Assembly (NCBI GenBank): GCA_016283775.1 | Contig: JAEENL010000175.1 | Span: 30,766-94,765, forward strand | Direction: 5' to 3' | Length of the DNA: 64,000 nucleotides | Source of the DNA: Lachnospiraceae bacterium | GTDB lineage: Bacteria > Bacillota > Clostridia > Lachnospirales > Lachnospiraceae | In this document: positions 26,401-35,717 of the stretch, one piece after another | Position numbering within the stretch: the first letter of the stretch is position 1 | Layout: each line of letters begins with the position of its first letter | Translations under genes and position numbers: made by a program | The notes under the pieces: model-generated | Database searches by the model: none | What the model was told of the DNA's origin: nothing | What the model saw: only the letters and a program-made list of their open reading frames with translations

Positions 26401-26787
26401 CTGGACCACTCTTTTATCGACGACGAAGCCGCCATAAAAAAGAGCGTGACATCAGTAAAGATACCGGTGGCCACCATAGATCCGGCAAAGGGAAACGGGC
26501 TTTTCAGCGCATTCTCTCATGTGGCGACCGACAAGGAAATGAAGACGATCTGCGACCTCGCTTATTCAAAGATAAAGACCAGAAGCGAAGAGATCATGAA
26601 GGGCAATGTCGCGGTGACACCTGTGAGAAAAAAGGACGGGCTGGTGCCGTGCAGATACTGTGATTTTGCAGCTGTCTGCGGATTTGACGAAAAGAACGGC
26701 GACAGAAGCAAGAGCATCAGAGAATACAAAAACGATGAGATCTTTGAGAGACTGAAACGCGCGGAAACGGAGGAGAGCAATGGCTGA
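23461..26787 (+). CDS. addB: Helicase-nuclease AddAB, subunit B
   Basis: Walker A GTAGSGKT. C-terminal nuclease with Fe-S cysteines (CPFKFF ... CRYCDFAAVCG) and a DYKS motif. ATG 23461 follows GGGGG. Confidence 0.88.
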   Translation: MSLHLVTGTAGSGKTTYLYNETIRMAGNDPATTYYFIVPEQFSIKTQYDLVLAHPDGGIMNIDVTSLARLAHKAFSVLSGEKHEFLPEIGKSMIIKKVLSDHKDELQIYGRNARRAGFVADAKALVSELFQYCVDEEALEEVIRASSDRPLFQKKMTDALTVFRGFKEHLTGGLMTGEGLYDAFAEIAERSGILKDSVILMDGFTGFTPSQYELLRCFMRQCREVYISFTADRTALSGKEMKDYELFRISQISIKKVRELAAEAGCDEAEPVICGHDKFSEAPGLKALEKNIFGHSRIRQSAFGNIVLYNAENAREEARYAAMQVEMLLREGGYRYRDIAIVLSDTESYGELVARELERINVRYFLDRKKSLGENECAGLIATVLRLMEKGTDTELLLSFAKNGLSGFDKREVCILENYCLALGIKGSRFKRPFDRDFVSASGLVITAEEVNRTRAALMSILSQVTGVKKSSALSLNSRVTGLFEKIGLEEKLQTLSEEFTAANDRLRAMEYSRVYEAVTEIFAQLDMFLGDEVMSAGEYREVIEAGLSEARVGLVPRGNEQILVGDIERTRLKDIKVLFLLGASDGSLPKPGASGGILSERDKGRLEEYGVELSPGMLKKIGRDRFYLYLALTRPDHKLFVTFPGADENGMQLKPSQIVPKIKNLYTDVSVITKKDLPEVQRVLSDDLGHEQFLREERDKNVKELATAPYKREMLTEETAAKLYGERLQGSISKLETFSNCPFKFFLTYGLQIRVRDEFELGNADFGNVAHDALEHYGKLLRDEGLQWTDVDESRMDAFVERASRETLETYKEGIFTSSDKNAYIAERVRELVGVTVRALTRQLEGSDFEPLAFEQSFKVEGENYSLCGKIDRIDICTTGSKSVKVIDYKSSEHELNITDTYYGLSLQLPVYLRPATELAGDNARPAAMLYEQIQNPIVEDRSPMDLDSEEAVEEAKKDIFKEFKTKGIVNSDLEIIKHLDHSFIDDEAAIKKSVTSVKIPVATIDPAKGNGLFSAFSHVATDKEMKTICDLAYSKIKTRSEEIMKGNVAVTPVRKKDGLVPCRYCDFAAVCGFDEKNGDRSKSIREYKNDEIFERLKRAETEESNG

Positions 26788-29700
26788 AGTGGAACTTTCA
26801 AAGGAACAGCAGGCGGTCGTCGACGCTCGTGACTGCTCTCTTCTGGTCGCTGCGGCTGCAGGCTCCGGCAAGACTTTTGTGCTTGTAAAGCGCATAATGG
26901 ACAGGATACTGGACAAAATAGCTCCGCTTGACATAGACAGGCTGCTGATAGTAACCTTTACAAACGCCGCGGCAGCGGAAATGCGCGAACGCATCGGAAA
27001 TGCGATCGAAAAAGCGATAGAGAAGGATCCGGAAAACATGCAGCTGAAGAAACAGGCGGCGCTGCTTTCATCCGCGCAGATCTCGACCATAGACAGCTTT
27101 TGTATGTCGGTGGTAAAGGAAAACTACCATGCGCTGGATATAGATCCGGGCTTTACGATAGAGGATGAGAGCGTTCTTGCGCTCCTCAGGGACGATGTGC
27201 TAACCGAACTCCTCGATGAGGAGTATACGAGAGCGACCCCTGAATTTATGCAGCTTATGGCAAGCTACACAGGACACAAGGATGACGAAGGTGTGAGGAG
27301 CATGATCTACAAGATCCGTCATTACGCCGACAGCGATCCGAGACCTGAAGACTGGCTGGACAGGGCAGAAGAGGCGCTTGACGAGGGCTTTGATGAAAAT
27401 GGGGTCTTTGACGGAATACTCACCGAAAGCAAAGCTTTGATAAAGAGCCTTTTGTCCCGCGTGGAGGCTATGCGCGCCATAGCATTGTCGCCTCTGGGAC
27501 CGGCTCCTTACGACTCGACATGTGACGCCGACAGGGATTATTTTAATTCTCTTCTTTGCGCGGACACCTATGAAAAACTGGGCGAAATGCTCCGCACGAC
27601 CGCGTTTTCAAAGATGGCGACGATATCAAAAAAGGATATCGAAAGCGGGAAAATCCTTGAAGAAAAGAAAAAGGCGGCGGCTGATGTAAGAGACGAATAC
27701 AAGAAAAAACTCGGCAGTCTGAAAGAGCGATATTATGCCGGAACGCCCGAACAGCTGCAAGGGCAGTATGATCTCACAAAAGGCGTAACGCGTGAACTGC
27801 TGAGACTGACACGTGAATTCATGAAGCGCTGCATGGCTGCGCAGGCTGAGCGTAATGCTTACGGTTTTTCCGATGTGGAGCATTTTGCGCATCAGATACT
27901 TTGCGAAAAGGATGAGGAAGGAAACATCGTTCCCACTGCTGTCGCAAAGGAAATGAAGGAACGCTTCGATGAAATAATGATCGACGAGTATCAGGATTCG
28001 AGCTTTATGCAGGAAGACATCCTGAAAGCCGTATCGGGAGAATATGGCGGTATCCCCAATCTCTTTATGGTGGGAGACGTAAAACAGAGCATATACGGCT
28101 TCAGAAAAGCACGCCCGGAGCTGTTTAACAGGAAATACAGCGAATTTACGGCCGAAGGTGAACACAGAAAGATCGACCTTTTCAAAAATTTCCGGAGCAG
28201 ACAGGTGGTGCTCGATTCGGTAAATGTGCTGCTTTCGGCGCTTATGAAGCGTGACACGGCCGAGATAGAATATGACGAAAAGGCCGCCCTTCACTTTGGA
28301 TCTGCCGAGTTTACCAAGGATGAGGAAAAGCATGCAACAGAGCTCATGCTGATAGACAAAGACCTTGTGGAACTGCAGGAAGACAGCGAGGGAGCGGAAG
28401 GGGCGAACAGCAGGGAGGAGATTTTTGATTCCTCCAAGGACGAAAAGCTGAGTTCCGCGCGGACGACGCCCATGGAGCGTGAAGCGCTTGCGGTGGGCCT
28501 TCGCATAAAAGAACTCGAAAAAGAAGGCTTTAAGCTTTCGGATATTGCGATACTTGTGCGTACCGCAAAGGGAGTGACCGAAGTTTTTACAAAGGTGCTC
28601 GCAAAGCTGGGCATTCCGACATGCGCGGAAACAGGCTCGGGCTTTTTTGCCGCCGTGGAGATCAAAAAAGTACTCTCGTATCTTAAGATCATTGACAATC
28701 CCTGCCAAGATGTGGCTTTTGCGGCTGTTCTGTATTCTCATTTTGTGAACATGGATGCGGAGGAGATCGCCGGGATCGTTGCAGACTGCGGAATGAAGAA
28801 CGGAAAAAGGACAGGGCTCCTGTATGATGTCGCAAGGCTTGCCGCTGCACAGGGCAATAAAAAGCTCTCTGGATTTTTTACTGTCTACGATGAACTGTGC
28901 CGTGCAAGCGAACATCTTAACGTACACGATCTACTCGATCTTTTGTATGAGCGGACCGGGTACAAAGACCTGGTATCCGTGATGCCGCAGGGAGACAGAA
29001 GGCGCGGAAATCTTGAAAATCTCATACAGCTTGCGATGACTTTCGAAAACAGTTCATATGCAGGCGTGCATGACTTTCTGCGCTATATCGAGAGGCTTGA
29101 GGATTCTGAAAAGGATTTCGGTGAAGCTCCTGCAGAGAGCGGCGAGGGCCAGGTGAGGATCATGACGATCCACAAGAGCAAAGGTCTGGAGTTTCCCGTT
29201 GTTTTCTTAAGCTGTATGGGAAGGCAGTTTAATGATACGGACGCACGTGATAATCTACTCTGCGACCAAAAGCTCGGTGTTGGCATAAAGTGCATAAACT
29301 TAAAAAAACGGACCAAGGACGACGGGCTGAAGCTACGATTCCTGAAAAAAAAGAAACTGATGGAATCGAGGGCGGAGGATGTGCGGACGCTTTATGTTGC
29401 TCTCACACGTGCCAAAGAAAAACTCATCATGACCGGCACCGTTGACAAAATGCAGCAGAAGATAAGGACATGGGCGCAGAGGCCGCTTGATGACGGAGCG
29501 CTTTCTTATCTGGATATGTCATCTGCAAAGAATTACGTAGATTTTGTGGCACCAAAGATATTCAGCGGCATGGAAGAGGATGAGATATCGGAATTGTTCG
29601 AAGCCGGGACACGGACCCGCAGGATTTCGGGAATGTGCGGCACTGAGGAATATTCCTCGGGATTTGTGATATCGTGTCTGTGGTTTGCCGAGGAGGCTGC

Positions 29701-30553
29701 TCAAAAGTCACTTGAAGGAAACGGTGATGATATCCATGGCAGTGCGGGATCCGAAGAAGATAAGGAGACTTCTCTTCTTCAGGGATTCATGGATGAGATC
29801 GAAGCAAGGCGTTCTTTTGTCTATCCGTTCAAAGGCAAGGCGGATGCACCTGTAAAGGTCTCCGTGTCCGAGCTCAAGCTTATAGCGATCCATGACACCG
29901 AAGAGGAAAAAGCGGTAATGCTCGAAACCCCGACGGCGGCTGTGGACGATGAGCCTGAGAGCAATGAGGAAGCAAAGCCCGCGCCTGCAAAAGAACGAAA
30001 AGGCGCGCGTGGAGCGGAACGAGGCACGCTTTACCACGAAGTGCTCGAAAAACTGCAGTATATGGGAGATTATTCAAATGCCGCGGCCTGCATAGAATCC
30101 TTGGATGCCGAGATATCAAGGCTGATGGAAGAGGGCTTCCTTGAGAAAGACATTCTTGACACGGTTTCCGTCAAAAGACTTGTGAAATTCTGCATGAGCA
30201 GTGTGGGACAGCGTATGATCGCGGCGTTTAAGAACGGAAAGCTTTACCGTGAGCAGCAGTTCGTATATGGGCTCACAAATGAGGAATACCGCAGGTTTTC
30301 ACATTCCGACGCCGATACCGATATGGTAATGCTGCAAGGTGTTATAGATGCATTTTTTGAAGAGAACGACGGCCTTGTCCTGGTGGACTACAAGACCGAC
30401 AAGGTGGTAAGTGACGCGGCGAAGGAACTCACCGAGCGCTACAGCGTACAGCTTGAGCTCTATGCCAAAGCCCTCTCGGCTCTAAGAAAAAAGCCTGTTA
30501 AAGAGAAAGTGATCTATTCGGTCTCGAAGGATCTGGTGATAGCGGTGGAATAA
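26780..30553 (+). CDS. addA: Helicase-nuclease AddAB, subunit A
   Basis: UvrD-type motifs AAAGSGKT, IDEYQDSS, VGDVKQSIYGFR, TIHKSKGLEFP and YVALTRAK. C-terminal RecB nuclease GVIDAFF...VDYKTD. Overlaps addB by 8 nt. Confidence 0.92.
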   Translation: MAEVELSKEQQAVVDARDCSLLVAAAAGSGKTFVLVKRIMDRILDKIAPLDIDRLLIVTFTNAAAAEMRERIGNAIEKAIEKDPENMQLKKQAALLSSAQISTIDSFCMSVVKENYHALDIDPGFTIEDESVLALLRDDVLTELLDEEYTRATPEFMQLMASYTGHKDDEGVRSMIYKIRHYADSDPRPEDWLDRAEEALDEGFDENGVFDGILTESKALIKSLLSRVEAMRAIALSPLGPAPYDSTCDADRDYFNSLLCADTYEKLGEMLRTTAFSKMATISKKDIESGKILEEKKKAAADVRDEYKKKLGSLKERYYAGTPEQLQGQYDLTKGVTRELLRLTREFMKRCMAAQAERNAYGFSDVEHFAHQILCEKDEEGNIVPTAVAKEMKERFDEIMIDEYQDSSFMQEDILKAVSGEYGGIPNLFMVGDVKQSIYGFRKARPELFNRKYSEFTAEGEHRKIDLFKNFRSRQVVLDSVNVLLSALMKRDTAEIEYDEKAALHFGSAEFTKDEEKHATELMLIDKDLVELQEDSEGAEGANSREEIFDSSKDEKLSSARTTPMEREALAVGLRIKELEKEGFKLSDIAILVRTAKGVTEVFTKVLAKLGIPTCAETGSGFFAAVEIKKVLSYLKIIDNPCQDVAFAAVLYSHFVNMDAEEIAGIVADCGMKNGKRTGLLYDVARLAAAQGNKKLSGFFTVYDELCRASEHLNVHDLLDLLYERTGYKDLVSVMPQGDRRRGNLENLIQLAMTFENSSYAGVHDFLRYIERLEDSEKDFGEAPAESGEGQVRIMTIHKSKGLEFPVVFLSCMGRQFNDTDARDNLLCDQKLGVGIKCINLKKRTKDDGLKLRFLKKKKLMESRAEDVRTLYVALTRAKEKLIMTGTVDKMQQKIRTWAQRPLDDGALSYLDMSSAKNYVDFVAPKIFSGMEEDEISELFEAGTRTRRISGMCGTEEYSSGFVISCLWFAEEAAQKSLEGNGDDIHGSAGSEEDKETSLLQGFMDEIEARRSFVYPFKGKADAPVKVSVSELKLIAIHDTEEEKAVMLETPTAAVDDEPESNEEAKPAPAKERKGARGAERGTLYHEVLEKLQYMGDYSNAAACIESLDAEISRLMEEGFLEKDILDTVSVKRLVKFCMSSVGQRMIAAFKNGKLYREQQFVYGLTNEEYRRFSHSDADTDMVMLQGVIDAFFEENDGLVLVDYKTDKVVSDAAKELTERYSVQLELYAKALSALRKKPVKEKVIYSVSKDLVIAVE

Positions 30554-30554
30554 A

Positions 30555-31298
30555 ATGGACGAAAATATCGAACTTGCAGTGAAGCGCCTTAAGGATCTTG
30601 AAAAGCGCTCGTATAACAACAACACATTCGAATTCGGGGGTTTTTTGAGCCCCGCAGAGTTTGACGCTTTTCGTAAGGTATCACCGGCGGGTGAGGCTTT
30701 CGGAGGATATGCTCAGGCGGAGCGGCGCATGCTTCGTTTTGGCGACCCTGAGGAACTGGGCTATGACGTGCCTTTTCCGATAGACTGCATAAAGGTTTCT
30801 TCTGCTTCGGGAAAGTTTTCCGCACCGCTTTCGCACAGGGATTTTCTCGGAGCGCTCATGAGCCTTGGAGTGGAGCGGCGCGTTTTCGGGGATATCGTCG
30901 TAAGGAACGGCATTGCCTATATTTTCTGTGAGAACAGGATGAGTCCGTTTATCCTGGAAAACCTTGTTTCTGTCGGAAGAAACCAGGTGCACGTGGAGAT
31001 CTCCGATTTTCCTGAGGAGGAATATGAGGCAGGAAGGCAGCAGATGGCCATACAGGTCTCATCTCCCAGGGCGGATGCCGTCATCGCGCATGTTTGTAAA
31101 CTTTCACGTGGAAACGTAACGCCATATTTTACGGGTAAATTAGTACAGCTTAATGGCAGGATACTGGAACGCCCGGACAAGCTTCTCACCGAGGGAGACA
31201 TCTTTTCGGTGCGCGGCTTTGGAAAATATGCCGTGGGTGAGAGTACCGGCGTTTCCAAGAAAGGTAAAACAAACATATTGATCTACAAATACGTTTGA
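30555..31298 (+). CDS. YlmH-like RNA-binding protein with S4 domain
   Basis: 247 aa. The C-terminal S4-like segment is RADAVIAHVCKLSRGNVTPYFTGKLVQLNG...GDIFSVRGFGK. Confidence 0.7.
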   Translation: MDENIELAVKRLKDLEKRSYNNNTFEFGGFLSPAEFDAFRKVSPAGEAFGGYAQAERRMLRFGDPEELGYDVPFPIDCIKVSSASGKFSAPLSHRDFLGALMSLGVERRVFGDIVVRNGIAYIFCENRMSPFILENLVSVGRNQVHVEISDFPEEEYEAGRQQMAIQVSSPRADAVIAHVCKLSRGNVTPYFTGKLVQLNGRILERPDKLLTEGDIFSVRGFGKYAVGESTGVSKKGKTNILIYKYV

Positions 31299-31308
31299 CG
31301 ACGGAAAA

Positions 31309-32007
31309 ATGAAAAGAAAAAACAGAAATATTCGAAGTGTAGTTATTGTGGTGCTTTCAGTCATACTGGCGTGCGGAATTCTGGCGGTCGGTGTAATGGT
31401 GCTCATAAGACCTTTCCTCGGAACCTCCGACAAGCGCCGTGCTGACAGGTATAAGGGCGAGATCGCGCAGTATACGAGCAGCACGGACAAAGACGGAGAC
31501 GGGATCGACGACCAGACGGACATTTTAAACAGCGCTCTCGAATATGTTAAGACAAAGCCTAAGTACAAGAGCAGATACTATGCGGGAGGCTACCCCGACG
31601 ATGGCTATGGTGTGTGCACCGATGTTGTGGCATATGGCTTTCTGGGCGCGGGATACGACCTTAAGGAACTGGTATCTGAGGACATTAATGCCCACAGAGA
31701 ACGCTATGACATAGATGTCGTGGATCCTAATATCGATTACAGGCGTGTGAGAAACCTGAAGGTCTTTTTTGAAAACAATGCAGAGTCGCTCACGACCGAT
31801 GTGCATGATATTGAGGCATGGCAGGGCGGAGACATCGTTGTGTTCAAGTCGCACATTGGTATTGTTTCGGACCGCAGAAACAAAAGAGGCGTGACTTATG
31901 TGATACACCACGGCGATCCGAGGCAGCTTTATTATGAACAGGATATCCTTGAAAAACGAGAAGAGGATATCGTGGGACATTTCAGGATGACCGGCACGGA
32001 TAAATGA
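31309..32007 (+). CDS. DUF1287-like protein (signal-anchored)
   Basis: GGYPDDGYGVCTDVVAYGF, DPNIDYRRVRNL and GDIVVFKSHIGIVSD match my memory of DUF1287. Confidence 0.7.
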   Translation: MKRKNRNIRSVVIVVLSVILACGILAVGVMVLIRPFLGTSDKRRADRYKGEIAQYTSSTDKDGDGIDDQTDILNSALEYVKTKPKYKSRYYAGGYPDDGYGVCTDVVAYGFLGAGYDLKELVSEDINAHRERYDIDVVDPNIDYRRVRNLKVFFENNAESLTTDVHDIEAWQGGDIVVFKSHIGIVSDRRNKRGVTYVIHHGDPRQLYYEQDILEKREEDIVGHFRMTGTDK

Positions 32008-32678
32008 AAAAGATATCTGAGACAATAGAATACATTGAAACAAGAGAGACTCCACTTTCCGCGGAGGTGGTTTTTGTGCACGGAGACGGAAGACTTTTTG
32101 TGTTTGATGCAGGCTGCGGCGAAGAAGTGCTTTCCGAGACGCTTGACATGATAAAGGCGGCCGCATGCCCTGTGTCGGTGATATTGTCCCATTTTCACAC
32201 AGATCACGTGGACAACGTGGCAAAGATCCCTTATGACAGGCTGTACGTATCCGGATACACCGCAAAGCAGTTGTCAAAAAAAGGATATATTTCAGAGGAC
32301 GACACGCGTATCGTGATCGCTCCCGAAAAAGATCCCCTGCTCATCGGAAAGACGGCAGGGGATGAAGAGGTTGTAGTGCGTGCTCTGCCCTCAAGCCATT
32401 CAAAAGGCGGGCTGATGCTTGAAGCGGGGCGTTTTGCTTTCCTTGGAGACGGTGCATATCCTATGTACAAAAACGATGAGAGAGTGTACAACAACACCCG
32501 CCTCAGGGAAGAGATCGACGCGCTGAAACAGGTGAAAGCGGACACATGCTATTTAAGCCATGAGTTTGAAAAACCGAAGACACGTATCTGGATCGTGAAC
32601 AGGATGCAGATCATCTATTCGCATCGTGACAAGGATTCCGCCTTTGTCCCTGAGGGAAAAGACAAGATCATATTGTAG
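32004..32678 (+). CDS. MBL-fold metallo-hydrolase
   Basis: HxHxDH motif (SHFHTDHV) with later His/Asp ligand-like residues. The start overlaps the upstream stop (ATGA). Confidence 0.65.
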   Translation: MKKISETIEYIETRETPLSAEVVFVHGDGRLFVFDAGCGEEVLSETLDMIKAAACPVSVILSHFHTDHVDNVAKIPYDRLYVSGYTAKQLSKKGYISEDDTRIVIAPEKDPLLIGKTAGDEEVVVRALPSSHSKGGLMLEAGRFAFLGDGAYPMYKNDERVYNNTRLREEIDALKQVKADTCYLSHEFEKPKTRIWIVNRMQIIYSHRDKDSAFVPEGKDKIIL

Positions 32679-32698
32679 GCGTCCGGTTTTCACGCGGA

Positions 32699-34204
32699 TC
32701 AGATCTGCTCTATGTTTTCAAGCGTCACATTTCTGCAATACTTCATATTCACAGTGCCGAGAGAAGGATCCTCGGCCTTTTTTATCTTTATGTCTTTGAA
32801 GGTCACGTTGTTCAGTTCGTGGCCGGGCACATCAAAGCCCTGCAGGTCTATCGGGAAGCAGTTGTGCCATTCATTCTTTCCGCCATTGTTGTCAAAGAAA
32901 CGTCCGAGGAGCGTGAGGCGCTCAAAGTGGCAGTTTTCCAAAACAGGAGGCGTTTCCGCTCCGATGCCGTCATCGTTGTAGCCCACGGAATGGACCTGGA
33001 TGTGGGATGCTGCGCAATCGCGTACATCAATGTTCCGCACATATCCGCCGCGCTTTTTTGTGGCCTTTATCTCGATGCCGGACCAGGTTTCCGACACGTC
33101 GCAGTCCCAGATCTTTACGCCGTCGATACCGCCTGACATTTCCGATCCCATGCATATGCCGTGGCTTGACGGGGTGAAACAGTCAAAAACCCTGATATTT
33201 CTGGTGGGGCGGTTTATCACGTTGCCCTCGGGGTTTTTGCCGGATTTTATGGCGACGGAATCGTCCTCGGTGTGGAAGCGGCAGTTGAAGATGGTGCAGT
33301 CTTCGGAAGAATCGGGATCCCAGCCGTCGCCGTTCCAGATGCCTTCGGAATAAAACTCACAATCGTCCGTGACAACGTCGTATGAGTATATAAAATGCAC
33401 GTTCCACGATGCTCCGTGCCCGAGCTTCAGGCCGTGGATCCACACGTTTTTGCAGTTGCTTAAGTTTATGAGGCGGCCTCGTGCCCGGCTTGCTATTGTT
33501 TCTGGTTTTTCATATTCCTTTATCTTGTCGCCGAGGCTTGCGATGTAGTCTTTGAGGCGTTCGGCCTCGCTTTTTGCGATATCTTTTGCAAGAACCGCAC
33601 CGCCTCCGTAGATCTCTCCTTCACCGCGGAGCATGATGTTGAAGCAGTCCGGGCCTGAGGAATGGTCGAGATTGCCGCAGTTTATAAGGCTCTGATAGCA
33701 TTCCATCTCATAGCCTTCGAAACGGCTTTTGATCTTCGGAAGATAATCTTTTCTGTCTGAAGTGCCCTGGAGTACGGCTCCTTTTTCAAAATAAACATCG
33801 GTATCGGAGTGGAGACGTAATGCACCCGAGAGATAGACGCCCGCAGGGAAGTATACCGTATCCTCAGCCGTACACGCGTCAAACACAGCCTGAAGCGCTG
33901 CGGTGTTTACGGTCTTGCCGTCGCCGACCGCATTAAAGGGTGCTTTTGTGACGTCGAGACGGTTTTTGCTTTTTAATGTGCGGCACCTGATCTCTTCTGA
34001 AACAGAAGAACCCTTCATGACCATTTTTACGGTGTATTCCGTGTCTTCGTTGAGACCCCGGACAGTGCAGTGGGTCTTTTTTGTTTCCGCAGTCATCCTG
34101 CCGTCCAGAAAGATTTCGAAAATGCTTTCCGGCGTGGCTTCATCCGGCTTGTCCCAGTAGACTGTTATCTCGTTTTCGGTGCTTTTGTATGCTATGTATC
34201 CCAT
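32699..34204 (-). CDS. GH28 (exo-)polygalacturonase with N-terminal FN3-like domain
   Basis: GH28 signature series WNGDGWDPDS, TEDDSVAIKSG, SSHGICMGSE and GIEIKA. Pectate-lyase-fold start FNAVGDGKTVNTAALQ. No signal peptide. Confidence 0.8.
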   Translation of the reverse strand: MGYIAYKSTENEITVYWDKPDEATPESIFEIFLDGRMTAETKKTHCTVRGLNEDTEYTVKMVMKGSSVSEEIRCRTLKSKNRLDVTKAPFNAVGDGKTVNTAALQAVFDACTAEDTVYFPAGVYLSGALRLHSDTDVYFEKGAVLQGTSDRKDYLPKIKSRFEGYEMECYQSLINCGNLDHSSGPDCFNIMLRGEGEIYGGGAVLAKDIAKSEAERLKDYIASLGDKIKEYEKPETIASRARGRLINLSNCKNVWIHGLKLGHGASWNVHFIYSYDVVTDDCEFYSEGIWNGDGWDPDSSEDCTIFNCRFHTEDDSVAIKSGKNPEGNVINRPTRNIRVFDCFTPSSHGICMGSEMSGGIDGVKIWDCDVSETWSGIEIKATKKRGGYVRNIDVRDCAASHIQVHSVGYNDDGIGAETPPVLENCHFERLTLLGRFFDNNGGKNEWHNCFPIDLQGFDVPGHELNNVTFKDIKIKKAEDPSLGTVNMKYCRNVTLENIEQI

Positions 34205-34846
34205 TTAGTTTTCCCCTCTCTTTTTCCTGCCCGTTTTGATCTTTACAAGGAGGCATGCCACTCCGAAGGCAGCCCCTATTATGCATGCAAAAATGACGGC
34301 GCCGGGGGCAGGTCCCCAGTTCAGGAAACCATACCAGTCGTTTGTGTCCGGCCATTTGCCTTTGCCGTTTATCAGAATGTTTATGACATATGCCGTGCCG
34401 TATACAACGGTTGAAAGCGAAGCAAGCATGCAATGCTTGACCTTTAGTCCTTCGGCGTTGCCGACCGTGAGAAATTCCGCGATGCAGAGAAGAGGCACGA
34501 TCAAATGAAACTCAAGGTTCGAGCCCTGGTAGAGATTCAGCCATCCGTAAAGCGGTCCGAAGAAGCAGGCTACAACGAGGAACGTGAGAGTCACTGCGGT
34601 CACTGCGGTAAGCTTTAACACGCGCAGGTATTTTTTCTTTACGAGATCGAAAATGACCTGGATAAGCGCGACGATCCCCGCAAAGACGTTGGAGAGCGTG
34701 GTGTAGTATTTCAGGTTTTTCCAGCCGCTTGTGGTGAGTCCCGTGGCGCTCGCTTTGTTGCGGAGCATCACAAAGATGCCGAGGATCACAAGCAGCGCCG
34801 TTGCTGTATTAAGTATGATGCGTAACGCGATCTTTCGTTCTTTCAT
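34205..34846 (-). CDS. Hypothetical polytopic membrane protein
   Basis: ATG 34846 follows GGAGGT. About six TM helices and a YYTTLSN motif. Family uncertain (possibly Pr6Pr/AIG1-like). Confidence 0.5.
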   Translation of the reverse strand: MKERKIALRIILNTATALLVILGIFVMLRNKASATGLTTSGWKNLKYYTTLSNVFAGIVALIQVIFDLVKKKYLRVLKLTAVTAVTLTFLVVACFFGPLYGWLNLYQGSNLEFHLIVPLLCIAEFLTVGNAEGLKVKHCMLASLSTVVYGTAYVINILINGKGKWPDTNDWYGFLNWGPAPGAVIFACIIGAAFGVACLLVKIKTGRKKRGEN

Positions 34847-34940
34847 AGGTGTTACCTCCGAATGCATTATATTTTGCCATAAACCGGCACATAAAGCAAT
34901 TCTCGTTTTTCTTTTAACAGTATTTGTGACGATGCAAATG

Positions 34941-34961
34941 TTTTGTGCAAATTGCACAAAA
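34941..34961. promoter_or_regulatory. Perfect 10-1-10 palindrome TTTTGTGCAA-A-TTGCACAAAA (operator candidate)
   Basis: Lies in the divergent intergenic region upstream of the TetR gene. An identical 21-mer recurs at 41463-41483, and an extra half-site TTTTGTGCA lies at 34973-34981. Confidence 0.55.
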
Positions 34962-35017
34962 ACCACAACGTTTTTTGTGCATAATACCAATAGACCAAAC
35001 AAAAATCAGGTGCTAAT

Positions 35018-35701
35018 ATGGAAACCAAGAAACGAAAAACGGTTTCCAAGTTTCCAAGCCCCGGAGCAAAGGGGCGGCAAAGCTTGAAGAAAGAGGGCAA
35101 AATGCGCAGACGTGAAGAGAAAACCGAAGGATCGCTTTCCGAAAGAATAATACTTGCGGCCATATCGGAGTTCAGCAGGAGTGGGCTCAAATTCACGATG
35201 GACGACGTGGCTCAGAACATGGGCATAAGCAAAAAAACGCTCTATACCTGTTTTGACAGTAAAGAGGATATGCTTATGGCCATTGTGGACTACTGTTTCC
35301 GTGATATCAAACGGAGCGAGCAGGAGATACTCTTAGATCCCGATATGGACATAGTGGACAAGATAAAGAGCATCATAGTGGTGCTTCCGGAACGATACAA
35401 AAACATAGGCCTTAGCGCCCTCTATTCTCTTAAGGACAAGGAACCGGGCGTATACAGGAGGCTTGAGGAGCACCTTAAGACCGACTGGGATGCGACCATC
35501 ACTCTTCTTGAGAGCGGAATGGCGCAGGGGAGGATCAAAAAGATATCGATCCCGCTCCTTAAAGCCATGATAGAAAGCAGCATCGCCGGTTTTTTCTCCG
35601 GAAACGTGCTCGGCGAGGCAGGACTGACTTACGAAGAAGGACTTGAGCAACTTATTGACATCGTGATGGACGGGATAGTCACAGAACCTGGCGGAAAATA
35701 A
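35018..35701 (+). CDS. TetR/AcrR family transcriptional regulator
   Basis: HTH region ILAAISEFSRSGLKFTMDDVAQNMGISKKTLYTCF. The K/R-rich N-terminal extension may be spurious, since an alternative ATG lies near 35102. Confidence 0.85.
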   Translation: METKKRKTVSKFPSPGAKGRQSLKKEGKMRRREEKTEGSLSERIILAAISEFSRSGLKFTMDDVAQNMGISKKTLYTCFDSKEDMLMAIVDYCFRDIKRSEQEILLDPDMDIVDKIKSIIVVLPERYKNIGLSALYSLKDKEPGVYRRLEEHLKTDWDATITLLESGMAQGRIKKISIPLLKAMIESSIAGFFSGNVLGEAGLTYEEGLEQLIDIVMDGIVTEPGGK

Positions 35702-35717
35702 GGAAGGAGAGCTTTGT

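Noticed and set aside
27626-28927. 433-aa minus-strand ORF antisense to addA
   Set aside because: It lies entirely inside a strongly conserved helicase-nuclease gene. Its translation is Arg/His/Cys/Phe-rich with no motifs or SD. This is a typical shadow ORF of a GC-balanced coding region.
23461-30553. AddAB considered as part of a phage-defence island
   Set aside because: It is a canonical housekeeping double-strand-break repair pair with intact helicase, nuclease and Fe-S motifs. None of its neighbours are defence-type genes such as methylases, toxins, Abi or nucleotide cyclases.
32679-32698. Possible terminator hairpin between the convergent MBL and GH28 genes
   Set aside because: Only a 3-4 bp stem can be drawn in the 20-nt gap, which is too weak to annotate.
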